From positions 5,472,001-5,536,000 of the forward strand of contig CBDCJO010000002.1 in NCBI GenBank assembly GCA_965217865.1: a stretch of 64,000 nt of DNA, written 5' to 3'. A program made the position numbers and the translations under genes. The DNA comes from Candidatus Latescibacterota bacterium. GTDB lineage: Bacteria > Latescibacterota > UBA2968 > SICM01. The notes under the pieces were generated by a model that saw only the letters and a list, made by a program, of their open reading frames with translations, did no database searches and was not told where the DNA came from. Shown in pieces: positions 1-9,854 of this stretch; within the stretch, counting starts at the first letter, position 1; every line of letters starts with the position of its first letter.

Positions 1-214
1 GTGGAGAGGACAAATCGATTAGTTTTCCACAATCTGCAAAAATCATGATGCCTTGTAGACGCCCACTTTCTAATCTGTGTTGGGTGACTATATGCCCTTT
101 AATTTCATTGAGTAAGCTGCTGTCTTCTGGGCCGTCAATAAACGGCAAAGGCGGCGATGTATCCCCACAGGAGATACATGACAATATCAGTAACAAAAAT
201 AATATCTTTTTCAT
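1..214 (-). CDS. Putative lipoprotein, runs off the window edge
   Basis: Hand translation MKKILFLLLILSCISCGDTSPP...; signal peptide with lipobox-like Cys; open to position 1; AT-rich; not in the ORF track. Confidence 0.5.
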   Translation of the reverse strand, partial: MKKILFLLLILSCISCGDTSPPLPFIDGPEDSSLLNEIKGHIVTQHRLESGRLQGIMIFADCGKLIDLSSP

Positions 215-633
215 GATTGTATGCTGGGCATGACGCCTAACAATTTGCAGGCACATAAAATGGTCACCCTATCGAAAGGATAAATTGCCTTACAAAAGCC
301 GGAAGGCAAGACCGTGGCCATTTGGGTCGAGCTTTAACCGTTGACGGCCAATATCGAGTGTCCAAATGTTGTGCTATCAAGTGTCCAAAACCTTACAAAC
401 ATCTCCAAAAAAATACTAACCTAAAAGTCGATCCAGAACAATGAAAAAAGAGAGGGTTACACAGCTTTGTCAAGGATTTGCCTCTCGGCGCGACTCGGCA
501 CTGCTCGGCATAACTGAGCCCCATAAGAGGGAACCCCGCCTCTCGTGTCTGGGCTCATGAAAAACGGGGCTTTTTTGTGGGGGTGTTAGGGGAAGGATTA
601 GCCCGGTTGCCGATTAAAGAAATTCTACCTCAT

Positions 634-675
634 AAAAAAGCCCCGGAGAGACAATCCTCCGGGGCTATATTTTTT
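634..675. terminator. Intrinsic terminator, bidirectional-looking
   Basis: Stem AGCCCCGGAG/CTCCGGGGCT flanked by A and T runs, downstream of 734..1159(-). Confidence 0.75.
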
Positions 676-733
676 CTCGCGGAATACCGCCACCATACGT
701 GCCCCTTTGCGCACAGCTTTGTCGAGAAGGCCG

Positions 734-1159
734 TCAGGAGGCCAAGCCGAGTTGCTTCATCATCGTCGCCATGTCGAAGTACTGGCGTATCTCCTTGACC
801 TTGCCATCCTCAATCTGGGTAACCTGGCAGGTGCGAAGCTCCATGGATTTGTTGGTTGGGGGGATCTCGCCGTCGGGGATGCCCATCACCCCAGTGTGAA
901 TCCCTGTCCAGGTCCCCTCAAAGACGACGGTATTTCCGCTGACGCAGACAGGGTCAAACGAGCCCTTGGATTCGGGGAAGGCAGTTTCCCAGCCCTGCCA
1001 TATCTCGATCACCTGCTCGACCCCCTCGGCACGGCGATGAGTCGCGACCTCATCATAGACGAAGTCCGGAATGACGGCGGCACGAAGGGCATCCCAATCT
1101 TTATTATTATAGGCTGCAGTTGGTGCCAAAGCGGCCTCTATCACTTCCTGTTCAGACAT
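734..1159 (-). CDS. SnoaL-like ester cyclase (NTF2 fold)
   Basis: AFP..., WTGIHTG...IPPTNKS...DGKV...YFD pattern; RBS AAAGGAG. Confidence 0.85.
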   Translation of the reverse strand: MSEQEVIEAALAPTAAYNNKDWDALRAAVIPDFVYDEVATHRRAEGVEQVIEIWQGWETAFPESKGSFDPVCVSGNTVVFEGTWTGIHTGVMGIPDGEIPPTNKSMELRTCQVTQIEDGKVKEIRQYFDMATMMKQLGLAS

Positions 1160-1384
1160 GGTGCGTCTCCTTTGGGAAAGAGAAACGGGTTACTACTGGA
1201 TGGCCGAGGTGGGGGGGTATGCTTTATCGGTTGGAGGTATCAAATTTCCATCCTTTAATTGCCCCACGGCACTGATTGGATCTTCTGGTCTTAAGTTATT
1301 ATATATATTTGACCTAATTTTTATCCTCATAGGAACCCCTCCGTTCGTTCCTCTTTGTCGGTATTTCGGATCACGCGAAAGTTG

Positions 1385-1642
1385 TTATGGCTGGTGTTTG
1401 ACAATGATCCCATTCCTTCGAATCGCGTACCCGAAACCGAGGATTCCCCCGATCACATTGACTTCATAGACCGCCTTCTCCCCCTCCTCCTCAGCTTCAA
1501 AGTGGTGCACGCCGACCACGGTTTTGATGTTTCTGAAACTGGATTTAACCTCCCCGTCGCAACTCACGGTTTCCCTCCCGCTCCATCTGCTGGCGAAGAT
1601 ATCGATCTGGTGCCCGTTTATCTCTGTTTTGAATTTCGCCAT
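1385..1642 (-). CDS. Small hypothetical protein
   Basis: 85-aa ORF with GAGG RBS, co-directional with neighbours. Confidence 0.6.
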   Translation of the reverse strand: MAKFKTEINGHQIDIFASRWSGRETVSCDGEVKSSFRNIKTVVGVHHFEAEEEGEKAVYEVNVIGGILGFGYAIRRNGIIVKHQP

Positions 1643-1732
1643 ATTTCACCTCGGATAAACGTTTCACCGCTGGAGGACTGTTTCGAAAGTCAAAGGAACG
1701 GGGAGCGTATCTCGGACACCTGCCTTTGCTCT

Positions 1733-1824
1733 TTCTGCTACTGCCACTGCTACTGCTTTTCCCTGGCCCCTGACCTCCTCTGACCCTTGCCTTCGCTCTT
1801 CCTGCCACTGCCACTGCTACTGCC
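1733..1824. repeat. Intergenic CTGCYA hexamer tandem repeats, two blocks
   Basis: ctgcta-ctgcca-ctgcta-ctgc and ctgcca-ctgcca-ctgcta-ctgc. Confidence 0.7.
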
Positions 1825-1835
1825 TTTCCCGTCCC

Positions 1836-3332
1836 CTATGGCCACTCCTCCAGTCTATTGAACGATTCCTGGCTGTCCCATTGCTCGCTCAGGTCGTGGT
1901 TTAAATATCGGTTGGCCTCGCGGATCTGTTCGATATGGGCCCTGGACCCCTGTACATAGTCCCAGACCGCCTTCCCGTCCCAGTGTTCCCCGAGCTCAAA
2001 CAGCAGTTCGTTGCGTTGACGCTCATATTCCGGATCCTGGCCAAGGTCATCGTTCTCGCCCGGATCGGCAGCCATGTCGAAAAGTTGGGGGTGCGCGTAG
2101 TCGTGATGGGCGACCAGTTTCCAGCAATCCTTACGGACCATGGCCGAAGGATTATCTCCTTTCACATCTCCCAGGATTGAAATGACCGCACGGTCGGCAT
2201 CGGGCGGTTCTTTACCCGTCAGCACAGGTGCAATATCTCGCCCATCCGGATCCGGAAGGGCAGAAGCACCTGCAAGACTCAGGAATGTTGATCCGAGATC
2301 CATCAGGCTTGTGGGTGTATCGATCCGTCCCCCCGCGGCAATCTGCGCCGGCCAATGATAGATTATCGGAACGCGTGCCGATCCTTCGTAGAAATTGCTC
2401 TTCCAGAACATACCGTGTTCCCCGTTCATCTCTCCATGATCGGAAGCGTAGACGATGACCGTCTCTTCAAGGCCCAGGTGCTGCTCCACGGCCTCGAGGA
2501 TTTCGCCCACGTATCCGTCCATCAATTCCACGACTCCGTAATAGGCCGCCCGTGAACGGCGGACGGCCTCCGCGGGAACGTCAAGCATATCCCGATTTTC
2601 GAACCACTTCCGGATCGCCGGATGTGCATTTTCCGCGAACGCGGACGGGGGTTGGGGTTCCGGTAGGGTTTCGTAGTAGTGTGCGAAGAGGTCCCGCGGA
2701 CACACAAACGGGCAGTGAGGCCCGTAAAGACCGACTGTCGCAAACAGAGGCTGCGATTTGGGATGCGCACTGATCAAGCGACACGCAGCTTCGGTCACGT
2801 CGCGATCGTAGGCCATGACGCTTGATCGCCCCGGCCCCGACTTGATCAGGACTCTACCCTTCTGATCGGTCGTACCATCGAGCTCTCCCATTTCCAGATC
2901 GATTCCCAAAGCCACCGCCGTGAAGTCGCCGACCAGACGCTCCCGATAACCGTGACGCTGATCAGGACCCGTGAAATGCATGCGTCCGCAGAGCACGGTT
3001 TCGTAGCCAGCTGCAGTCAGTCCGTGGACAAAAGTCGGCCGGTCCGATCGCAGGGTTTGAAAATTCGTGAAGACCCCAGTCTTCGTGGGGAGCTGACAGG
3101 CGAGCATCGACATCCGGCTCGGCGCGCAAAGCGGCGATCCACAATAGGCGTTGGTCAACGAACTGCCCCCACTTGCGAGCCTGTCGAGATTGGGCGTTCT
3201 CGCATAGGGATCCCCCCACGCGGAGATCAGGGAGGCGTTGTGTTGATCGGAAAGTATGAAGATGATGTTTGGGGGCATTTTCCCGGCCACGGATTCGAAG
3301 GGAAGATTTGATGCTCTTATAAAGAGCATCAA
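1836..3332 (-). CDS. Sulfatase (choline-sulfatase-like)
   Basis: PNIIFILSDQH, CAPSR formylglycine motif, GRMH, SDHGEM. Confidence 0.9.
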   Translation of the reverse strand: MMLFIRASNLPFESVAGKMPPNIIFILSDQHNASLISAWGDPYARTPNLDRLASGGSSLTNAYCGSPLCAPSRMSMLACQLPTKTGVFTNFQTLRSDRPTFVHGLTAAGYETVLCGRMHFTGPDQRHGYRERLVGDFTAVALGIDLEMGELDGTTDQKGRVLIKSGPGRSSVMAYDRDVTEAACRLISAHPKSQPLFATVGLYGPHCPFVCPRDLFAHYYETLPEPQPPSAFAENAHPAIRKWFENRDMLDVPAEAVRRSRAAYYGVVELMDGYVGEILEAVEQHLGLEETVIVYASDHGEMNGEHGMFWKSNFYEGSARVPIIYHWPAQIAAGGRIDTPTSLMDLGSTFLSLAGASALPDPDGRDIAPVLTGKEPPDADRAVISILGDVKGDNPSAMVRKDCWKLVAHHDYAHPQLFDMAADPGENDDLGQDPEYERQRNELLFELGEHWDGKAVWDYVQGSRAHIEQIREANRYLNHDLSEQWDSQESFNRLEEWP

Positions 3333-3652
3333 TCCAGATGAAAAACCTCCTCAAGCTCCAGCATCATCCGGTCCGGACGGGCCCCGTCAGGCGATTCGAA
3401 AAACGGCGCCATGAACTCCTGCCACTTGGTGTTGACCTCCTCCTGGGACATTCCGTCAAGAGCAGCTTGAAAGTTTTCCGGGGTTTCGAAACAACCAAAC
3501 ATGAGCCCATCGTCCCGCATAAAGAGCGAGTAGTTATGCCAGCCTGTTCGTCGAAGGGCATCCAGCATTTCGGGCCATACTTCCCGGTGATGTTTCTTGT
3601 ATTCTTCGATTCTGTCCTCTTTAACTTTGAGCAAAAAACCGATTCGTTTCAT
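3329..3652 (-). CDS. rhaM: L-rhamnose mutarotase
   Basis: EEYKKHH.EVWPE, NYSLF, LEEVFHLD. Confidence 0.85.
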   Translation of the reverse strand: MKRIGFLLKVKEDRIEEYKKHHREVWPEMLDALRRTGWHNYSLFMRDDGLMFGCFETPENFQAALDGMSQEEVNTKWQEFMAPFFESPDGARPDRMMLELEEVFHLD

Positions 3653-3748
3653 CTTGTATTCTCCTTTGCCATCTCACCTCCGCAAATGAGACACTTATCA
3701 AACGGCCTCATGGACCGATTCTCCTTCCTCGCCAGTTGATCCTGGTCA

Positions 3749-4306
3749 TCAATTCTTCTTTATCCCATCAACAAACCTTTCGAACGAGCCTTTCCACGAT
3801 TTCACCGTCTCTTCAGGGCCGGTGAGCTTAAAGAAATACGATCCCTTTGAGCTCTCGACGATAGCAGCAAGCATCCGACAGTTCGGTTCCGGATCCGGGG
3901 CGGGCATCATTCGGCCCATAGCCGATGGGGCGTAGGTCCCGCTGATATCCGCGATCGTCACCGGCATACCGGAAACCTCCCTCTTGCTCACCCGGGCTTT
4001 GTCCCTGGACGAGGTTCCATCAGGCTGGTGAAACTGACCGTACCATCGTTCCAGGTTGTCCTCGACGCTCCCTCCCTGCCTCTGCCCGAAATAGTATACG
4101 ACCAGATGAGCATCCCCGGCGCCTCCCGGCAAAAGATACTGAGCTTTGCGCATAGAAGAACTGGGCCTCTCTGTCTTCCAGTCCTCAGGGACACGAACCG
4201 TGATCGCGCCCAGATCCTGGGTCTTTCCGCATTCCATCCCTTCACATCCGATCAGAAACATTGATGAGAGGAAAATCAAATTAGGATTGATTGATATTTT
4301 AGCCAT
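3749..4306 (-). CDS. Conserved hypothetical exported/lipoprotein
   Basis: Signal-like N-terminus; PSSSMRKAQY and GGSVEDNLERWYGQF motifs. Confidence 0.7.
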   Translation of the reverse strand: MAKISINPNLIFLSSMFLIGCEGMECGKTQDLGAITVRVPEDWKTERPSSSMRKAQYLLPGGAGDAHLVVYYFGQRQGGSVEDNLERWYGQFHQPDGTSSRDKARVSKREVSGMPVTIADISGTYAPSAMGRMMPAPDPEPNCRMLAAIVESSKGSYFFKLTGPEETVKSWKGSFERFVDGIKKN

Positions 4307-4322
4307 TGGGAATCCCTTGTAG

Positions 4323-5417
4323 TTAACCTTCCAGCACCTCTTTCAAACGCCTGGCAACGATCTTCTCGTCTCCAGCCAAAAGGGTCATCGGATCCACCCT
4401 GAGCTCCTTCCCGCTCCCATTTATGACCACGGGCGGCTCACCCTCGAGCATGGCCTGAACCACCTCTTCGGCCGTACGGTCACCCTCCAGCTCGATGCGG
4501 CAACGGGGTGCGAACCCGGGTGCGTCCTTGTCTTCTACGATCGTCGCCCGGACTCCCGACACGTCACCTACGGTCTCAATGATGTGGGTGACCTGCATCA
4601 GCCAGGCCTCCCGGTCCTCTTGGTCCGTTCCTGACAGAAACCGATCGACCGCCGCGATCAACCCCATGATCTCCTCTTTTCCAACCTTCATCCCACGCCC
4701 TATTGCACTGTTCGGGCTTGCATTCAACTGGACCGCGTCTATATAACCTTTTTCACCCAGGACGATCCCGGTGTTTTGTGGGCCCCTCATCCCTTTTCCA
4801 CCGCTGAAGACAGCAAGGCTGGCCCCCATTCCCACTAGATTTGTCAGGTTCGACCGGGGAGGAAGCTGGGCAGCGGCATCCACAACGACCGGAACGCCCA
4901 TCTCTTTTGCCCCGATGATGATCTCTCTGAGCTGATCCTCGCTCTGTTTTCCCAGAAAGTGAACGATCGCCGCGGTATTTTCTCCGATCCCGGCCAGGAT
5001 ATCATCCGTTTCCACCTGATCCTGAGTTCCGACCGGTATCAGCCTTCCGCCGCAGGCTTCGATCCCCTGATGGATATAGGTATGCCGATCGACACTGCTG
5101 ACAACAAATTCATTTTTCCATCCTTCGGTATGGGGTAAGCGTCTGGTCTTATCGGGATCCGTTCCCGTCAGACACGCAGCGGCCGACAACTGCATCCCGC
5201 TGGCCGCCCCGCACGATATAAAAGCCCCTTCCACGCCGATCCGTTCCGCAAGGTATTCCCCGGCTTTCTCGTTCAGGAGGTTCAGGTCGACAAATGATCC
5301 CGCTGCCTCCTGCATCGCCGCCAGCACCCTGGAGTGCATGATACTTCCTCCCAGGGTGGTGACAGTCCCACGCGCGTTGATAAAGGGACGAACACCCAGA
5401 TCTCGGTAGGTGACCAT
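4323..5417 (-). CDS. SelA-like PLP-dependent enzyme (DgaE-like)
   Basis: INARGTVTTLGGS, VDAAAQ, FSGGKGMRGPQ, IGRGMKVGKEEI; start moved to ATG 5417 after AAAGGAG. Confidence 0.85.
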   Translation of the reverse strand: MVTYRDLGVRPFINARGTVTTLGGSIMHSRVLAAMQEAAGSFVDLNLLNEKAGEYLAERIGVEGAFISCGAASGMQLSAAACLTGTDPDKTRRLPHTEGWKNEFVVSSVDRHTYIHQGIEACGGRLIPVGTQDQVETDDILAGIGENTAAIVHFLGKQSEDQLREIIIGAKEMGVPVVVDAAAQLPPRSNLTNLVGMGASLAVFSGGKGMRGPQNTGIVLGEKGYIDAVQLNASPNSAIGRGMKVGKEEIMGLIAAVDRFLSGTDQEDREAWLMQVTHIIETVGDVSGVRATIVEDKDAPGFAPRCRIELEGDRTAEEVVQAMLEGEPPVVINGSGKELRVDPMTLLAGDEKIVARRLKEVLEG

Positions 5418-5591
5418 TTCAAACTCCTTTAAATCATAAAACGGCAACTGTGAAACGGCATACGGTTCTCCCCTTCTCTCAACGTCCGATGAAGGGAGCG
5501 AATCATAATCGTCCGTCTTACATCTCAAGTGTGACGGAATGTACATCTTCCTTTCGGAAAAATCAAGGAATGCCCATTCGCAACTTCTGCC

Positions 5592-5620
5592 TTGACTTCA
5601 TCAGTTTCACCCTTTATATT
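5592..5620 (+). promoter_or_regulatory. sigma70-type promoter of the ABC/egt operon
   Basis: TTGACT-17 nt-TATATT. Confidence 0.55.
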
Positions 5621-5699
5621 CGGCCCAATTTGCTCAGATCGAGAATATGGATCCGCTGGAGATCACAAGGTTATCGATAATAAATCTGTCGAGGAACAT

Positions 5700-6449
5700 A
5701 TGCTCAAATTGAGGGGTATCTCCAAGGCATTCGGCGGGTTAAAAGCCTTGAATCCGTTAGACTTGGACATCCGACCGGGGGGGATCACAGTTCTTATCGG
5801 TCCCAGCGGATGCGGAAAATCCACACTCCTGCGGCTGGTCATCGGCCTGATCCGACCGGATTCAGGCCTTGTCCATTTTGAGGGGCATGAAGTCACCTTC
5901 GAAAATGCGCTGACCTTTCGAAAGAGAATGGGTTACGTGATTCAGGACGGAGGTCTTTTTCCACATCTGACCGCCCGCGGGAACGTGGGCCTCATGGCAC
6001 GCTACCTGGGCTGGAGCGATGATCGTATTGAAACGCGTCTCCTCGAGCTGTCTGACTTAACCCGGTTCCCGCGCGACGGCCTGGAGCGATTCCCTGCGCA
6101 GCTATCGGGCGGTCAGAAACAACGGGTTGCTCTGATGCGGGCATTGATGCTCGATCCCGATCTGCTTCTGCTGGACGAACCCTTGGGGGCCCTTGACCCG
6201 ATGATCCGCTCCGAGCTCCAGGTCGATCTTCGGAAGATCTTCAGGGCACTAGGCAAGACCGTTTTGATGGTCACACACGATATCGGTGAGGCCGGATATT
6301 TCGGTGACTCGATCGTATTGATGCGCGACGGGTGCATCGTGCAACAGGGCTCACTGGAAGATCTGGTCCATTCGCCGGAAGACCCCTTCGTGACCCAATT
6401 TGTGAACGCTCAGCGGAGTCCTCTCGAGGGCCTGGGAAATCAGAACTGA
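5700..6449 (+). CDS. Osmoprotectant-type ABC transporter ATPase
   Basis: GPSGCGKST, GYVIQDGGLFPH, LSGGQKQR, LLLDEP; start ATG 5700. Confidence 0.9.
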   Translation: MLKLRGISKAFGGLKALNPLDLDIRPGGITVLIGPSGCGKSTLLRLVIGLIRPDSGLVHFEGHEVTFENALTFRKRMGYVIQDGGLFPHLTARGNVGLMARYLGWSDDRIETRLLELSDLTRFPRDGLERFPAQLSGGQKQRVALMRALMLDPDLLLLDEPLGALDPMIRSELQVDLRKIFRALGKTVLMVTHDIGEAGYFGDSIVLMRDGCIVQQGSLEDLVHSPEDPFVTQFVNAQRSPLEGLGNQN

Positions 6450-6505
6450 ATTCTACGAGAAACTGCGCCGGGATATTTGATTTGAAATCTTTTAAGGACG
6501 ACGCC

Positions 6506-6906
6506 ATGATGACACGGCCTGAAGTATCCCGGTATTTCATGCGGGTACGGAGGGTCACAGAGGAGTTCTGCCAGCCGCTTCCGCACGAAGATCAGGTGCC
6601 GCAACCGATCGTCGACGTAAGTCCGCCCAAGTGGCATATGGGTCACACCAGGACAGCGAGTCTCTACATCAGATGTTGGGGGATGTCTGGGAACGGAAGG
6701 GAAGTGCATATCTTCCCTATCCCGGTTATCGTCGCGTCCAGGGGCCTCTTGGAGAATACAATGGCAAATTTATGGTGAACCAGATGGTCTTGCGGGGTGG
6801 ATCCTGTGCAACTTCCGAGGACCATATTCGAATCACATATCTATATTTTTACAAACCAGATAAACGGTGGCAGTTCAATGGCTTACGACTGGCCGAAGAC
6901 GGTTAA
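6506..6906 (+). pseudogene. egtB: egtB (ergothioneine sulfoxide synthase) remnant with large internal deletion
   Basis: N-terminal [21 protein letters not shown] joins out of frame at about 6649 to C-terminal GDVWE...[20 protein letters not shown]...[10 protein letters not shown]. Confidence 0.85.
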
Positions 6907-6951
6907 CGAATGACCTTTCCGAATTCTGGATCTTGCAAGTAAGGATTTGCG

Positions 6952-7947
6952 ATGGGGGTTTTAAAAGGGGAGGGTCGTTTAACCCTGATTCTAGATGAGG
7001 TTGATTCAGGGGTGAACGGATTTTCCCAGGATGTCGAGGCAGGATTGACGAATTCACCCAAGCGGCTTTCCTGCCGATTTTTTTACGATAGCGTAGGGTC
7101 TCGTCTGTTCGAGGAGATCTGCAAGCTGCCTGAATATTATCTGACCCGGGCGGAGCGCGAGATCCTGGAGAAAAAAGCGGAGGAGATCGCGTCGGTGTTT
7201 CCTCTGCCGATCTCGCTTGTCGAGTTCGGGAGCGGAAGCGCAGCCAAGACCCGACTTCTGATCGAGGCGTTCCTGGAAAGGCACGGGAGGCTGCAGTTTG
7301 TTCCAGTTGACATATCCCGGATAATGCTGGAAGAGAGCTCGGCATCACTATTAGGGTCCTACCCGGACCTTGAGATCCTCGGAATTGTAGGAGAATATCA
7401 GGCCGGGCTTCAGCGATTGAAGGACAAATCCAGGGGCCCAAGGTTGATCCTCTGGTTGGGATCGAGCATTGGAAATCTCCATCGCCCCGACGCCCTTCGC
7501 TTCCTGTCCGTCGTGCGGAAGACGATGACAGAGGGGGACCGGATGCTTCTCGGAATCGACCTCCGAAAGGACCCTAAGGTGCTGGAGGCCGCGTACGACG
7601 ACGCCCAGGGTCTCTCGGCAAGGTTTAACCTGAACCTCCTGGGCAGGATCAACCGGGAACTGGGTGGACAGTTCCACCTGAAAAACTTCAGACACCGTGC
7701 GGAATACCACCAGGACGACGGTCGGATCGATATGCATCTGGCGAGCATATGTGATCAGCAGATCACAATAGAAGACCTCGGACTCGAAATCTCATTCACC
7801 AAAGACGAAACAATCCATACCGAAAGCGCCTACAAATATTCGGAGGCGGAGATCGAAGCGATGGCCGATGGGGCGGGATTGGCGTTGGAGCGACAGTGGT
7901 TCGATAACGAACGGCGGTTCAGCCTGAACCTGCTAGAAAAGCAGTAA
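6952..7947 (+). CDS. egtD: L-histidine N-alpha-methyltransferase
   Basis: FFYDSVGSRLFEEICKLPEYYLTRAE, EFGSGS..KT, LGSSIGN, AYDD.QG, IHTE...KY. Confidence 0.9.
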   Translation: MGVLKGEGRLTLILDEVDSGVNGFSQDVEAGLTNSPKRLSCRFFYDSVGSRLFEEICKLPEYYLTRAEREILEKKAEEIASVFPLPISLVEFGSGSAAKTRLLIEAFLERHGRLQFVPVDISRIMLEESSASLLGSYPDLEILGIVGEYQAGLQRLKDKSRGPRLILWLGSSIGNLHRPDALRFLSVVRKTMTEGDRMLLGIDLRKDPKVLEAAYDDAQGLSARFNLNLLGRINRELGGQFHLKNFRHRAEYHQDDGRIDMHLASICDQQITIEDLGLEISFTKDETIHTESAYKYSEAEIEAMADGAGLALERQWFDNERRFSLNLLEKQ

Positions 7948-8039
7948 ACCAGTTTGGGAGTTTTGAGGCATGGAAGTATGGGGAAAAATCGTTACAACTT
8001 TCCAGACTTCACACCCCTCTTGGGAGATCTGACATCCTG

Positions 8040-9548
8040 TTGAAAACGCCACAAGGTCTATTGTTCATCCTCACCACCACCCTCTTTATCCTGGGGCAAA
8101 GCTGCGCTCGCGAAGCGATGAAGGTGAAGATCGGCTCAAAGTCCTTTACCGAGTCGGTGATCCTGGGTGAGATGGTCGCCCATCTGGTCCGGAGTGTGGA
8201 GGCCAAACCGATACACCGGCGGGAACTGGGCGGCACTCGGGTGCTCTTCAACGCCCTGGTGGACGGTGAGATCGATGTTTATCCGGAGTACACCGGCACG
8301 ATCAGCCAGGAGATTCTGGCCGGTGAGGGAATCACGGGCGAGGATGCGATCCGGGCGGCGCTGGCAGCACGGGGCATATTAATGAGCCGTCCCCTAGGGT
8401 TCAACAACACCTACATCCTAGGAATGAAGGAGGAAGTCGCAGAGCAGCTGAATATCCGAAAGATATCGGATCTGCGCGGACATCCCGACCTGACCTTTGG
8501 ATTCAGCAACGAGTTTATGGACCGTGGAGACGGCTGGCCTAGTCTGCGAGACCGTTATCAACTGCCCCAACAAAAAGTTCGCGGCCTGTACCACGATCTC
8601 GCCTATCGGGGGATCGAGAGCAATTCGATCCAGGTGATCGATCTCTACGCCACGGACGCTGAGATCCGGTTTTACGGTTTACGTGGATTAAAGGACGACC
8701 TGTCTCACTTTCCCGTATACAATGCGGTCCTGATATATCGGGCCGACCTCCGGGAGAGAGCCCCGAATGTGGTGAACAGGTTGCTAAATCTGGAGGGACG
8801 TATCTCCGACATGTCCATGGTGGAGATGAATTCGCGGACAAAACTCGAAAAGGTGTCCGAGATTCGCGTAGCAGCCGATTTTCTGGCGGCGACGATGGAC
8901 CTGAAGGCTGAGGTCCGCGAGGAGACCTGGTTCGATCGTTTGTTGCGCACCACCCGGGAACACCTCTTATTGGTGTTGATATCACTTTCTGCCGCGATCT
9001 TGACCGCCGTACCCCTGGGTGTCCTTGCCGCCAAGCTCCCAAGGTTCGGGCAGGCGATCCTGGGCTTCGTGGGAGTCATCCAGACAATTCCGGCCCTTGC
9101 CTTACTCGTTCTGATGATACCCACGCTGGGCCTCGGTGGCCCTCCTGCGATTGCCGCGCTCTTCCTCTACAGCCTACTGCCGATCGTACGCAATACCTAC
9201 GCCGGTCTTCACGATATTCCACTGGAGATGCGCGAATCGGCAGAGGCCTTAGGACTTCCCCCTAAGGCGCGCCTCCGGCTTGTGGAGCTTCCGATGGCCA
9301 CCCGAGGAATCCTGGCCGGGATCAAGACCTCGGCCGTGATCAACGTCGGCTTCGCCACCCTGGGTGCACTCATTGGCGCGGGCGGATATGGACAGCCTAT
9401 TCTGACAGGAATCCGGCTGGCCGATACCGGACTGATCCTTCAGGGGGCAATCCCCGCAGCGGGCCTGGCGCTCCTCGTGCAGGGTCTGTTTGAAGGCGTT
9501 GAACGCGTGCTTGTGCCAAAAGGCCTTCGCCTGAAACCCGAAGCTTAG
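8040..9548 (+). CDS. Fused betaine-type substrate-binding protein + ABC permease
   Basis: IGSKSFTES, DVYPEYTGT, LGFNNTY, then QTIPALALL and EAA-loop permease. Confidence 0.9.
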   Translation: MKTPQGLLFILTTTLFILGQSCAREAMKVKIGSKSFTESVILGEMVAHLVRSVEAKPIHRRELGGTRVLFNALVDGEIDVYPEYTGTISQEILAGEGITGEDAIRAALAARGILMSRPLGFNNTYILGMKEEVAEQLNIRKISDLRGHPDLTFGFSNEFMDRGDGWPSLRDRYQLPQQKVRGLYHDLAYRGIESNSIQVIDLYATDAEIRFYGLRGLKDDLSHFPVYNAVLIYRADLRERAPNVVNRLLNLEGRISDMSMVEMNSRTKLEKVSEIRVAADFLAATMDLKAEVREETWFDRLLRTTREHLLLVLISLSAAILTAVPLGVLAAKLPRFGQAILGFVGVIQTIPALALLVLMIPTLGLGGPPAIAALFLYSLLPIVRNTYAGLHDIPLEMRESAEALGLPPKARLRLVELPMATRGILAGIKTSAVINVGFATLGALIGAGGYGQPILTGIRLADTGLILQGAIPAAGLALLVQGLFEGVERVLVPKGLRLKPEA

Positions 9549-9666
9549 TCCCCCCTATATCAATTTCCAAACCCTCCTCTTTCCTCACCAACCCGTTTCA
9601 ATTCGCGTCACTCGTTTACCATACTCCGTCATTCCCCTCTCTGATTCCCCTTTTTCCCCTCTTCAC

Positions 9667-9784
9667 TGTTGCCAAAATTCACAGGTTGCACCTAAGGCAC
9701 AGGCCATCCAGAGCCAGTTCCTTCCATATCACTAATGATATCAATAAATTATAGAAATGTTGCGGGGATGGCACGGACATTGAT
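9667..9784 (+). promoter_or_regulatory. Putative sigma54 promoter with IHF site and upstream activator sequence
   Basis: TGGCAC-N5-TTGAT at 9769-9784; WATCAANNNNTTR match TATCAATAAATTA at 9739-9751; TGT-N11-ACA at 9667. Confidence 0.5.
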
Positions 9785-9854
9785 AGGTAAATTTCATGAT
9801 CATCACCAAATCACTCTCGATCGGGGTTCATAATTTGCCGGAGCGAGAAGAATC

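Noticed and set aside
45-233. 62-aa plus-strand ORF
   Set aside because: The opposite strand gives a more convincing lipoprotein
4323-5417. True selA or a selenoneine pathway next to the egt genes
   Set aside because: Short DgaE-like SelA paralogue; no selB, selC, selD or senB in the window
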